Below are positions 1 to 11,951 of a DNA stretch of 64,000 bases, piece after piece (the stretch's first letter is position 1; each line of letters starts with the position of its first letter). The translations under genes were made by a program, and so were the position numbers. Source of the stretch: Vitrella brassicaformis CCMP3155 (taxonomy: Eukaryota > Protista > Chromerida). Below the pieces are notes generated by a model. The model searched no databases, had not been told where the DNA came from, and worked only from the letters and a program-made list of their open reading frames with translations. The DNA lies in contig CDMY01000189.1 in NCBI GenBank assembly GCA_001179505.1, positions 62,001-126,000 on the forward strand, read 5' to 3'.

Positions 1-775
1 GACAGACAGACACACACACAGGCTCATGTCCACAGGGGTCCACGCGCAGAGAGGGAGGGGGGGAAGGCCTGTGTGTGCAGCGTGGGCAGTGTGTGTGTGT
101 GTGTGTGTCTGTGCCATCATCGCTGCACACGCGCACCCTCACACACACACACGCACAAAGGAAGGGGAAAAATCACAGAGCAGAAATATAGCGGAGAGTG
201 TCCGTCCAAACGAATTGCGAACAGCCAGCCGGTGAGCTAAGAAAAGGGCCTCTAAAGGCCTCTAAACGTCTCTCTCTCTCTCTCTCTCTCTCTCGGTCTC
301 TCCGTGTGTGTGTCTAAACCGACAACCAGTAGAAACTTTCCTGCCACCTGTGTGTGTGTGTTTGGGGGGGGAAGGTACGATCGATCGAGGAGCCCCGAGG
401 ACCGAGTCGTCAACTTAAAACGTCAGTCGCATCGTTGCGTCCGCGTGCACTGCACATGGTACCCTCATGGTAGTAAGTGATATGGGTAAGTAGTGAGTGT
501 CTAAACCCGCCCCCTCCCTCACTCCGTCGATCCGATGCATCACAGAAGTACTGAAAAAGATCGATGCGTCCATCATATCATGGCCCCTCCCCCCTCCCCC
601 ACACCCCTGCTGTGGTGTTCTGGGTGTGGTGTGCTACAGGCAGGCAGGCAGGCAGTCCCCCTACAGAGAAAAAGGCGGGCACACATACGTACGACACGAA
701 CGAATATGGCTGCTGGCCGCATACACACACGCTATCCCTCTCCTCTGCCATGGCCAGTGTGTGTGGGGGGGAGGG

Positions 776-1075
776 NNNNNNNNNNNNNNNNNNNNNNNNN
801 NNNNNNNNNNNNNNNNNNNNNNNNNNNNNNNNNNNNNNNNNNNNNNNNNNNNNNNNNNNNNNNNNNNNNNNNNNNNNNNNNNNNNNNNNNNNNNNNNNNN
901 NNNNNNNNNNNNNNNNNNNNNNNNNNNNNNNNNNNNNNNNNNNNNNNNNNNNNNNNNNNNNNNNNNNNNNNNNNNNNNNNNNNNNNNNNNNNNNNNNNNN
1001 NNNNNNNNNNNNNNNNNNNNNNNNNNNNNNNNNNNNNNNNNNNNNNNNNNNNNNNNNNNNNNNNNNNNNNNNNNN
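776..1075. other. Assembly gap (300 N) flanked by poly-G
   Basis: N run. Confidence 0.99.
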
Positions 1076-1103
1076 GGGGGGGGTCGGTCCCTCATCTATC
1101 TCA

Positions 1104-4100
1104 TCATCGCGTCCACACGCAGAACTCGTGGCCGCTGCACGCCACCTTCCAGTCTGCAATCGTCAGTCAAAGTACACACAAACAACAGGCAGACAGGCAG
1201 GATTGTGCACATGATGAATTGCTCGACTTGAGTGTGTGTGTGGTGGTGGCTGCTTTGCTTACTGCCCCCATCAGGTCCCCAGTGGTTGGTGCCGATCTTG
1301 ATGGCCACGTTGCCGCCGCCATGGCCGCAGTGGTAGTCACTGCAGCGAGTGCACACCCACCAGTGGCCCATCCAGCACACACCCACACATGAAGCCGCCC
1401 GCCTGTGTGCTGTGTGCTGGGTGGCTTACGGGCTGACGTATGCCGCGTAGAGTCCGCCGTGTGACGCCGCCACGTGCACGCCGCTGCGGCAGTGGATGCC
1501 CTTGTCCTTCCGGATGTTGCACAACTCCTGTCGTCCGTCGCACCGCAGAGGACACACACACACACATATGCGGTGCGTGAGGTGGTGTGTTCTGTCTGAG
1601 TATTCTTTACTTACGATGATTTTGCCCTGGACGTGTGAGCCTCTGTCGGACCAGTCGGACCAGAAGACCGACGGCGTGCCGGGGTGCGTCAGGATGAAGG
1701 CATACGCACGAGTCACCTGCACACACACAGATGCACACAGAGAGAGAGAGAGGGGAGACCTTCATCTGTCTGTCTGCCTGTCCATGTGCGTCTGTCTGGT
1801 GGGGTGGGGGGGGGCGGTGGGTCACGTCACCTGTTCGTTGTTGCCGAATGGTCCGCCGACAACGTCCAGATGGCACGTGTCGTGGTTCTCGATGAAGGTC
1901 ACCGAACGCACCGGATCCTGCCCACACACACACACACAGCGAGAAGGTCCATCCATCCATCCATCTCTGTGTGTTGTGACACACACACCAGTCCCATGAT
2001 GCCGTTGAGTCGTCCGCCCGGTGCGATGTCGCTGAAGTTGTTCTCCTGGATGGCCGTCCGCAGGAAGTAATACATCGGGAAGTCAAACACCGCAACCATC
2101 CCTGCAGACACCACACACAGACAGACACCACACACAGACAGACAGACATGCGCACACACACACGCACATCGCTACCTAACCTTGTGTGGCGTGGATGTAG
2201 TTCTGCAGCACACGCTGGTCGCCGTGCCAGTACTCGGCCACGGTGAACGGGTTGCCCACCGACTTGATGTAGTCAATCTGGTGATCCATCGATCCATGAG
2301 TGAGTGAACCGAACCATTCACACGCACTGTCCTGTGTGTCTGTCCGTCTGTCTGTCTGTCTGTCTGAATGCCCCCCCGCCCGTCCGCATAAGTCACCTGG
2401 AACTTGGGCGCGTATCCGAGGACGAAGTCGAGCCGCAGCGTGGCGAAGCCCACCTCCTTGGTCAGCCAGTTGAGCCATTGCTGATCGACCAATCGGTTCA
2501 AGACACAGACGCAGCCAGCCAGAAAGCCATCCATCCATCGATCCATCGACGTGATGATTGTGTGTGGTTGTGTGTGATTGTGTGTTCGTTGCTGCGGCCG
2601 GCCCACCTTGACGTCTCTCTGCACTTGGGGGTTGGTGTGATCGATGTCGGGCGCATACTCGATGGTCTCACCTGCTCGCACGGCACACACACACACACAT
2701 CCATCCATCCATCGATGGATGCCATGTGGTGTGGTGTGGTGTGTGTTGATGTTGGTGGTGGACGGCTACACACCAGTGGACGGTGCGCCCTTGCCGGGCA
2801 TCTTGGGGTCGTTGGAGCTGCCAGCAGCACATCACACCCCGTTGATCGATCGCTGCCTGTGTCTGTCTGTGTGAAGCGATGCGGTCCCTCACCAGATGGC
2901 CCACGATCCCCAGTCCGGCTGCTCGAACTCGGTGAAGTTGCCCGACGACCCCTTGCGCACTGCGCAACGATGGTTGACCACCTGCACAGCAAACCAAGAC
3001 ACACGCAATCAATCAATGCAATTCAGTGCTCCCTCCCTCCCTGTATGTGAGCATCCGTGTTTATGTGTGTGTTGTGTGCTGTGCTCACCACATCGCACAT
3101 GGGCGAGATGCCGTTCTCCCTAAACATGCCGAGGAGCGTCTTGAGCTCGTCGGCCGACCCGTACTTGCTGTTGAGGTTGTACCAGCCCTGTGGCAGATAA
3201 CCGTTGGCATCAACCGACTGAGCCGGCGGGGGAAGCCACACCTAAACCACCACCAAACCACAAACCACACACACACGCGTGGACACACACACACACGCGT
3301 GTGTGGGGGGGGGCGGGGGGNNNNNNNNNNNNNNNNNNNNNNNNNNNNNNNNNNNNNNNNNNNNNNNNNNNNNNNNNNNNNNNNNNNNNNNNNNNNNNNN
3401 NNNNNNNNNNNNNNNNNNNNNNNNNNNNNNNNNNNNNNNNNNNNNNNNNNNNNNNNNNNNNNNNNNNNNNNNNNNNNNNNNNNNNNNNNNNNNNNNNNNN
3501 NNNNNNNNNNNNNNNNNNNNNNNNNNNNNNNNNNNNNNNNNNNNNNNNNNNNNNNNNNNNNNNNNNNNNNNNNNNNNNNNNNNNNNNNNNNNNNNNNNNN
3601 NNNNNNNNNNNNNNNNNNNNGGGGGGGGGGGTTGGGGATTCTGGGAGGGAGGGCGAGAGGAGAGGGGTGTACAGTACCATGGTGAATGCGGATTTGGTGA
3701 TGAGGTCCATCTTGTCAATGATGACCTTGTACCATCCGTCGCGGTTGTGCGGGCTGTTCCAGTTGAAGCCCTGGAAGACTATGTGCGGCTTCTTCTCGCC
3801 CAATCGCACCACCTGCAGCATGTCAACCGCCTTCACCACCACAGGCTCTGCACCCACACAGACACACACCCGACACGCCCTCGACATAACATTCACACCA
3901 CACCCATTCCCTTCCTGCCTCTCTGCCGCTTACCGCAGGCAATGCCCTCTGTGGGCAGGTCGGGTTTGGCCCTCTTGGGGGAGCCCTCGCCGTTTTCAAT
4001 CTGCTCGCCGCTGCCAGCTACACCGTCCTTGCGCCGAGTCGACTCAGGCTCGCCACCTGCACACACACACACACACACATCCATCCAGCTCTGAACTTTT

Positions 4101-6689
4101 CGTTGTGCGGGGGTGGGAGAGAGGGGGGGGCTACCTAGTGCGGCATCTCCCACAGCCAGGCTGGGAGGGTCGGCCGGCCGCTCGTGCAGCGCCGTGATCT
4201 GGTAGCTGTAGGTCTTGTCCTTGACGACCTTGTCGTCCTGGAACATCTCCCGCTGGTCGGGGGATGGCGGCTCGATCTTCTTGCTCCCCTCCTGCCCCAC
4301 CGTCACGGTCACGCCACACACGCCCACGACCACGCCGTCCCTCCAGATGCGGTAGGCCGCGATGCGCTTGCCGCCGTGGTCAGCTGGGGAGCGCCACGAT
4401 AGCTTGACGCTGACATGGTGGCCAGACACACACAGAGAGAGATGGGTATAGGTGTCGGTGGGGGTGGGGGCTGTCGGGTGCCTGCAGTGCTGTGCAGCCG
4501 CGTACAATTTTGAAGAGTGCTGGTCGACCTTGAGGTCTTGTGGGGCGGAGGGCTTGCCTGGCTGGCCGGTCTTGACCTGTTTGGGGCAGACACAGACAGA
4601 CACAGACAGACACAGACAGACACAGACAGACAGACAGACAGACAGAAGGACAAGCCATGCCGTGTGAATGGCATGGTCGGACGTGTGTGGACAGGCCAGG
4701 CGGCTCGCCTACCTTGAGAGGGTCTCCGGCTCTGCTCTCGGCCCCCTGGATGTTGACGGCCGTGACGGTATAGGTGTAGGTGTGCATCCCCAGCACGTGG
4801 CGGTCGGTGTACTCGATCTCGTCCTCCTCAGCTGCACACACACACACACACCCATCCATCCATCCATCCGAACCGAAGACGAAGACGCGCCTGCGTGCAT
4901 GTACCTACCGGTTTGGTAGACCATTTCGCCGTCTCTGTAGACTCTGTAGCAGCCCACCACCTCGGCCCCAAACAGGGGGGGCGCCCACACCAGCTTCACA
5001 AACGAACCTCCTACCTAGCAACAGACACACAGCACAGGCACACAGCGAACCGCACAGACAGGCAGATCGAATCGGTTACACTCACACAAGACCGGACCGA
5101 CGGGCAGGCGGAAGCACATGCCATGGCATGGCATGGTAGGTGTTCTGGAGTGGTGTGGTGTGTGGTGTGGTGTGTGTGTGCGTGTGTGTGTACCTCCTTC
5201 TCGGCGAGCAGTGCAGGGCATCCTGGTGGGTCCATGATCTGCTCGATGCGGCCGGCCTGCAGCTTGAACAAACCCGGGTGGGGGATAGAGTAGTTGCGGT
5301 CTGACCGACAGACACGCACACACACAGACATCCGACATCCACACGTCCACAGGGGAGGAGTGCTTTGGTTGCATCCCCCTCCCCCCCCTCTCTCTGTGTG
5401 TGTGTGTGTGTTGTGTTAGGTACTTCCTGGCGCCTTGTCCCATTGGTTGCTGCCGGAGTTGGGCACAAATTCGATCTCCTGCACACCACAAACCACCAGA
5501 CAACACACCACACCACACACAAACGTATCAGCGTGTCGAATTGTATGTGCGTTGTGGATGGCGATGGTTCGACAGACCGACAGACCGTCATGCGGGGCGG
5601 GGCGACGTACCTTAGCGTCTCGTATGCAGAGGTACCAGACCTCTGGGCCGTTGAAGTCGTTGCGTGTGCTCTTCTCGAAGGGGAGCCCCGGCACCTCGGT
5701 CCACTTGCCGTTGTGGTCCTTGTAATGCAAATACGGCTGATCGGCGCGCACACGTGGGAGGGAGAGGGGGGGGCATGTGTGTGTGTGTGCGTGTGTGCGT
5801 GTAGAGGGGAGGGGCGTGTGTCGTGTGGTGTGTGGTGTGTACCTGTTTCCACCCACTAAAGTAGACGAGCTCAATGCCCGGCCCGATGACCAAATCTTCC
5901 TCCTGCAGGACACACACACACACACACAGAGGGACGGACGAAAAGATGAGGGCCGGCCGGGGAGGAGGTCAAGGGCTGAGTGAGTGCACATCCAGCAAGC
6001 CATCGCATTCACACGCATCTCTCTCTCTCACAGCAGCCAGTTGCATCTTGCATCTCTTAGAAGAAACCGTGGCTGGCCTATTCTGTCTACTCTGCCTGGC
6101 ATCCCTTCGTCAAAAAATCATCGCCCGTGTCAGTGGCGTCCTTGATTCGTGCAGCCGGCCGATCGCACTCACCCACACAGAAATGTCATCCCGATGCCTC
6201 CCCGTTGACCAACCATCATCAGACACACCAACCACAACCTCGTGGTGGTGGTGGTGCCTTTGGTGTCTTCTAGAACCACCCTGTCTAGTCACTCCTCCTC
6301 TGCCCTCCGGTCTCCTCGACCGGAAGGGCAGCGACAGCGACCACAGCCACCCCACGGCACGCACAAGGCCATCACCACACCTACTTACGTCCTCTTTGGG
6401 GAACAGAAGCGACGCCGAGTTCTTCCGGATGATCGACGGCTTGCTGCTCGTGCGCAGCAGCGACGCACTCGACTGACGCACCAGAGACGCCTTCGACTCT
6501 GTGGGCAGGGAGGGAGGGAAGCAGACACACACGAACACACACACACACACACGAGCGAGTGAACGAGACCCCGGTGTGTGTGCGGCTGACTGTCTGACCT
6601 GTGCGTCTGGGTGGCTCCTTGTAGGCGCCATGAGCGACACTGCCGCGGCGCTGCTCGGGCTGCTGGCCAATCACGCCGGAGGTCGCCAT
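1104..6689 (-). CDS. Multi-exon alpha-amylase (GH13, plant AMY-like catalytic domain) with an N-terminal CBM25/26-like starch-binding module and fibronectin type III domains
   Basis: About 20 exons. GH13 regions I-IV are intact: DVVVNH (2984-3095), LRLDFVLGY, AEYW, FIENHD. The C-terminus reads DWKVACSGHEFCVWTR* with TGA at 1104-1106. FN3-like exons: KLVWAPP..YRVYRDG..YTYTVTAVN and KLSWRSP..YRIWRDG..YSYQITA. CBM-like exons: YFSGW..YLHYKDHNGKWTEVPG..WD..NY. The start MATSGVIG at 6689 is inferred from splice-phase compatibility. Confidence 0.9.
3321..3620. other. Assembly gap (300 N) inside an amylase intron
   Basis: N run flanked by poly-G. Confidence 0.99.
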
Positions 6690-6811
6690 TTCCTCTTTCG
6701 AGCTCGGGATACTAATTATACGGCCGGAACGCCAGATCCGACAACCACAAGCACTCCTCGCCCCTCGCCCACGCCAAAGAACCAAAATGGGGTTTTCGCG
6801 CCCGTCGTGAC

Positions 6812-6946
6812 AAACCCCGAAACCCAAAAACCCTAAGAACCCTAAGGGGCAGGATCCGCCGCTCTTGACGCAGTCAATGATCGCCGCGGGTTCACCCATC
6901 TAGCTTCGGGACCTGCCTTAGCGCCTCATTCACGAAAGGCAGGCCC
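6812..6946. promoter_or_regulatory. Divergent amylase/psbO promoter with telomere-like (CCCTAA) repeats and TCACGAAAGGCAG-GCCC
   Basis: AAACCCCGAAACCCAAAAACCCTAAGAACCCTAA at 6812-6845. The 13-mer at 6930-6942 is also found at 38097. Confidence 0.45.
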
Positions 6947-7105
6947 AAACCGACTCGGGATTTCGGGCAACGCCCGAAACGGCATGCGAGCTTATGCGAT
7001 TCCGTTTACTCTGCGAAACTCTGATTGCTGGAGAGCGACGATCGAAGCGCAGCGGGCATCTGGCGGCAGTGCGTCCAACACACACAGAGACACAGACACG
7101 GCAAG

Positions 7106-8551
7106 ATGAAGCTGCTGGTCGGTTCAGTGCTCGTCTCCCTCTGCCTGTCCACCCATGCCTTCGTGCTGCCGAGGCCGCAGGGCGCACTGCGAGCATCATC
7201 CCCTTCACGAGCAGAGCCCTTGAGGATGTCCGCAGACCAGCAGGAGGGCGACAACCAGCTCAGTCGGCTCATCGGCGGCATGCTGGGCCTCCTGGGCGGC
7301 GCTGCTCTTTTGGTCGGCCCTGTGCCCGACGCTGAGGCCATCAGCAAAGACTACGTCAAGTCGCTCACCTACGAGCAGGTCAAGGGAACCGGTAAGGTGA
7401 AGATGAGCAATGATCTGCATACGGAAGATGAGATGAGAGATCATCAGCGTGTTGATGGGGTCTGTGTGTGTATGCGTGTGTGCAGGTCTTGCGAATCGGT
7501 GTACGGCTGCTGAGGGCACCGGTTCCATCTCGATTTCGAGCGGCGGCCCATATGAGATGGTCGACTTCTGCATGGAGCCCAAGGAGTTCACCGTCCTTGA
7601 ACAACGCACACAAAAGAGGACAGGTCGGCACGTGGCCGGACACCCACGCGCCGTCTGGGTGGGCACCCAGATGATTGGTCGGTGTGTCGCTGTGTCCTTG
7701 GTGTGTGCTCACTTCCTCACTCAGGCAAGGTTGACAAGATCGGTCTGCCCACCAAGCTGACCACCCGGCAGACATACACCCTCGACTACATGTCGGGACC
7801 CATTGAGGTCAAGGACGGTACGAACCACCCACAGGCAGACAAACAGACAGAGAAACACACTCCATTGATTCGTCTCTCTCCCCCTGCCCCTGCCCTCTTC
7901 CTTCCCCCAGGCAAGATCACCTGGCAGGAGACCGACGGCATTGACTTCGCCCCCACGACCGTGCAGGTCGGTGCGGCCGAGCGTGTGCCCTTCCTCTTCA
8001 CGGCCAAGGACATGAAGGTCTCGGCCGACAAGAACGGCGCCACCATCTCACCGGGCCTCGGCCTGGGCGGCGAGTTCCGCGTGCCGGGTTACCGCACAGG
8101 TCTGTTCCTGGACCCCAAGGGCCGGGGCGGCACCACTGGCTATGACATGGCTGTGGCGCTCCCGGGGCTGCAGAGCGGCGAGGAGGGCGATGAGGAGCTT
8201 TTCAAGGAAAATAACAAGGTGCGTGGGGGTCAGTGGGGATGGCGCTGTGGATGGATGAATGGATGGATGGATGGCGTGTCTGGTTCGGTGTGGTGCAGCT
8301 TTATCAGTCGACCACGGGCAACATCGAGATGGAGATCCAGAACGTCAACCCACAAACCGGTGAGTGAGTCAGTTGGTGGGGACACTCTGTGATCGTCCGT
8401 GTGATTGCATGTGTCGCATGGATGATCAGGTGAGGTGTCGGGTGTCTTCGTGAGCCAACAGAAGTCGGACACCGACCTGGGCGCCAAGGAGCCCAAGGAC
8501 ATCCTCATCAAGGGCGCTTTCTACGGACGCATCCAGGCAAAGTCATCATAG
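7106..8551 (+). CDS. psbO: Photosystem II oxygen-evolving enhancer protein 1 (PsbO), nucleus-encoded, with signal peptide, transit peptide and lumen-targeting peptide
   Basis: Exons give [67 protein letters not shown] and [19 protein letters not shown]. The N-terminus is [19 protein letters not shown], with a lumen peptide ending AEA. TAG at 8549-8551. Confidence 0.97.
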
Positions 8552-9028
8552 ACAGACACACCAACACACCGTCCCCACCATCCCACTGGTTGGCTGGCTA
8601 CATGTGTGTGTCGGACGGTTTGCTCGCCCGTTTGTCTGCGAAGTGAAGTGTTAGCCTGGCCCTCCACCCCTCGATGGTCTGGCCTGCAGATGCGCTGTCC
8701 GCAGATTTTTGCGACCGGCTGCTGTGTGGTTCGTTCGTTCATGTGGCTGCATGCGTGTGCGTGTGCGTGCGGGGGGTGGCGTGCTGTTTGCGGGGAGTGG
8801 GTGGATGGGTACATGCCTGCCTGCCATGCCGATGTGGTGGCCACACAACAAAGGAGACGTCTGGGTGGCTGGTTTTATCTTGTGTGTTGAGCTCAATTGA
8901 CAATCGTGTGTGTGTAGCATAAACTGAACCGCGATTGACTCCCCTCAACCGCTCATCATCCTGGCCAACCTTTCCAACGGCCGGGCCCGTACACAGGGGA
9001 CGACCAAACCTCTCCAGGTCAATGCGGA

Positions 9029-11015
9029 ATGCGGCTTCCTGTGGTGGCCTTGCTGGTCTGTAACTGCTGCATCGCCTCCGCGAGCACATCTGTGAAGCTA
9101 CCGCTCCCAGGAAGCGGCACTGACGGCGGTGGCGCAGGGGTCGGCGTGGCGTCCCTCGACGCCGAGTTCCCCAGTCCAGCGCTCAAGTGTGGGAAAAAAG
9201 GCGGCGTCTTGACGTGCCTCGAGCCGCTGGGACCTGTGGCGGCCACACACTGCTTCAAATCACTGTTCAAAGCAGGTACTGTAGCAGGTCACTGGCAGAG
9301 ACTTCGACACAGACACCGTACCGTCTTGTGGGTGGTGTTGTGCGCAGGGCTCTCTAATTTGCTAGTGGCGTCTGCTCATGGCGAGCTGGAGGGGCTGGAA
9401 GAGCTCGTTGAGGACACGCTCGAGTCGGCCTCGACGCCTGACATAGCGCGAGCGGCGTGTGAGCGTGCTGACTTGACACGCAAAGGGCTTCGAATACATA
9501 CAGTACATTTCCTTCCTTTCACAGGTAATGAGTGCTTCGCCAACCACCGCGACCCAGACGAGGTCTGCCAGAGCCGCCTATGCTACCTCACCTGTACGCA
9601 AGCCACACAAACACGCCGCACAATGAACGCAGGTCAGATGCGGATGAGATGCGCTGTGCTTTGTTTTCCTTTCGGTTCTGTCAGCCTTCACGTGTGCAAC
9701 AAACTTCATAGGGGAAAGTACGAGGCGACAGACAGGCAGACACAGATCGACCGGCAGATGTCCCGTTTTGCATCTGTGTGCAGCATGCGAAGGGTGGCGC
9801 TCTCTCCCCGGCATCCCGGAGCCACAGGCGCCCGTTATCGACCCGTCACTAGGGGTCGCTGAGTGTTCCTGGAGGACGTCAAGGGCAACATCGCGGCGCA
9901 CATCCCTGACGAGACTGTGGCGGCCGAGTCGCTGACATACTACATCCTTTACCGAATGCTGATGAACGTCTTCGTGGCGGCTTGTGTGCTGGGGCCGGAT
10001 GACACCCTGCCTGAGCTGCCTGGATGGACGAATGTTGATGTCATCAGCCTCGTTGAGACTCGTAGGCGTGCTCCATGCCATGGCCATGCCGTGGGAGCAT
10101 TAATATGATGTCTCTGTTTGTGGGTGAATGCAGCTGAGTCGGAGGATGGCGGTCTGAGAGAGACCCCGTTCCTGCACGTGCTCCAGAAAAAGGACAACAG
10201 CGAGCTGTTGATCCTGGCTCGTGGATCCATCACCTTCACCGAGCTGCGGCTGGCGACCCCTCGACGACCAGCTCGATTATCTCGATCTGCTCGAGGAGAT
10301 TGGGGATGGGAATGTGGATGTGGACGCGTTTCTCGACTCTTCGTCGGACAGGCCAGCGGTGCGGGCGTTCAATGCCGCCGCGTTCTCAGCTGTCTATCCC
10401 GCCGTGAAGGCCATGGTGGACGAGTCGGATGCTGAGAGGGTCGTGCTCGGGGGATTCTCACTCGGTCGGTCAGAAGAGAGAGACAGAGTGTCCGTGGATG
10501 GCATGAGTGTGTGTGTTGTCCTTCATTCAGGTGGGCCGGTGGCGACCTTCTTGGCCGTGGCTTTGGCCATGGCTTACCCCGATAAGCGTGTCGACGCCGT
10601 CTCGTTTTCCCCCCTGCGCGCCTTCAACGATGCCTTCTCGACACTCATGCAGGAGACCATCAACGCGCGAACGGTTGTCTTCGAGTGGGACGCCATCCCA
10701 CAAGGCGGCTGCGCCAAGGTCCCGGCTTGCCGCGCCGACAAGGCAACGGGGGAGATCGTCGAATACGCGGAGTGGCCGGGGTTGATCTTCATCAAGGATG
10801 AGGACCTGGGCGAACCGGAAGACATGAGCTCTTTACAGATCGTTCCGGCTCATGTCTGCAGCTACCTGTGCTGGGCGGTGCGGATCAGCAACACGACAGA
10901 TCCCGTCAACTGGTGCCAGAAGGCGCCGAGGTCTGACGGGCTGGGGAAGGGCAACGGGATGGGAATGAGTGATGGCGACATATGCCCATTCTCGACTGAG
11001 TCTGTAGTCCTCTGA
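9029..11015 (+). CDS. Secreted class-3 lipase-like alpha/beta hydrolase; apparent internal frameshift near 10245
   Basis: Signal peptide MRLPVVALLVCNCCIASA. LLILARGS lid-region motif, nucleophile elbow GFSLGG split by an intron, then AVSFSP and DAIPQ. The reading frame changes between RGSITFTE and WRPLDD with no plausible intron. Confidence 0.75.
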
Positions 11016-11951
11016 CTGCATGGGGTGGGTGTGGGTGTGTGCTTTTAGAAGCAAACACATGTGCGTGCAAGAGCACGCGCACACGCGGCAGGAGCAGCTT
11101 TCCTGTTGTCTGTTCTACGCGCTTTTCTTTTCGCATGCTCACTCTTACAGTCATGCAAGGCAGGCCGCCATGGGTGTGCTGCTTGATAATTAGCAAGGGG
11201 TCATCGAGCCATACTTCTGTCTGTAGTCAGCCAGCCAGCTATACTACACCCAGCTCTGTAACTCTCTGTCTCACTCTCTCTGTTGTACTTGATCCATCTT
11301 GTTTGCAATCATCTAGCAAGGTCATCCATCCGTCTCTTTCCTTCCTTTTGTCACATACATGGCTTGTGTGTATGTGTGTGGTGATGTTGACCCTTCAACA
11401 CTCTCGCAAGCCTGTGTGTGTGTGTGCAATTATAGAGGACACTTCGTTTGCTCTGTCAAGGAAGAACCTGTGACCTGAAGTCATAAATCTCGCTACCTAC
11501 TTATCTACCTTTCTCCCTCATGTGTGCGTTCAGCAAACACACCTGCCTGTCTCCTCGTGGCACCGAAGTGAGCCATGCAATGCAGCCACCACCAGACTTA
11601 CAAAACATGCAAACCTGTCTGCCTGTCTGCCTGTCTGTTTGCATTTCTGACGGATCGGATGAATGTGCACACACGCAGCGCATGCACAAGAAAACACAGA
11701 AAACACTTCAGTGTTTTCCAAAATTGCCGCTGGCTGCACCTCGATCACACTACTTCCATTTTGGTTAGCTAGGTGGATGGACGGATGGATGGCCATGGAT
11801 GGATCGGACCTCTCTGTATGACTCAGTCTGTCTTGTACATACGTACGTGTGTGTACGGATGCAGCGCATGTGCATGTGTGTGAAGCAATCTATCTGAGCG
11901 AGAGAACAGTCAATCAATTGCAATCACATCGATCACTCATATCACCGGAGG

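Noticed and set aside
1-235. Possible exon fragments of a gene at the window start
   Set aside because: Too little sequence to identify; the ORFs are dominated by microsatellite translation.
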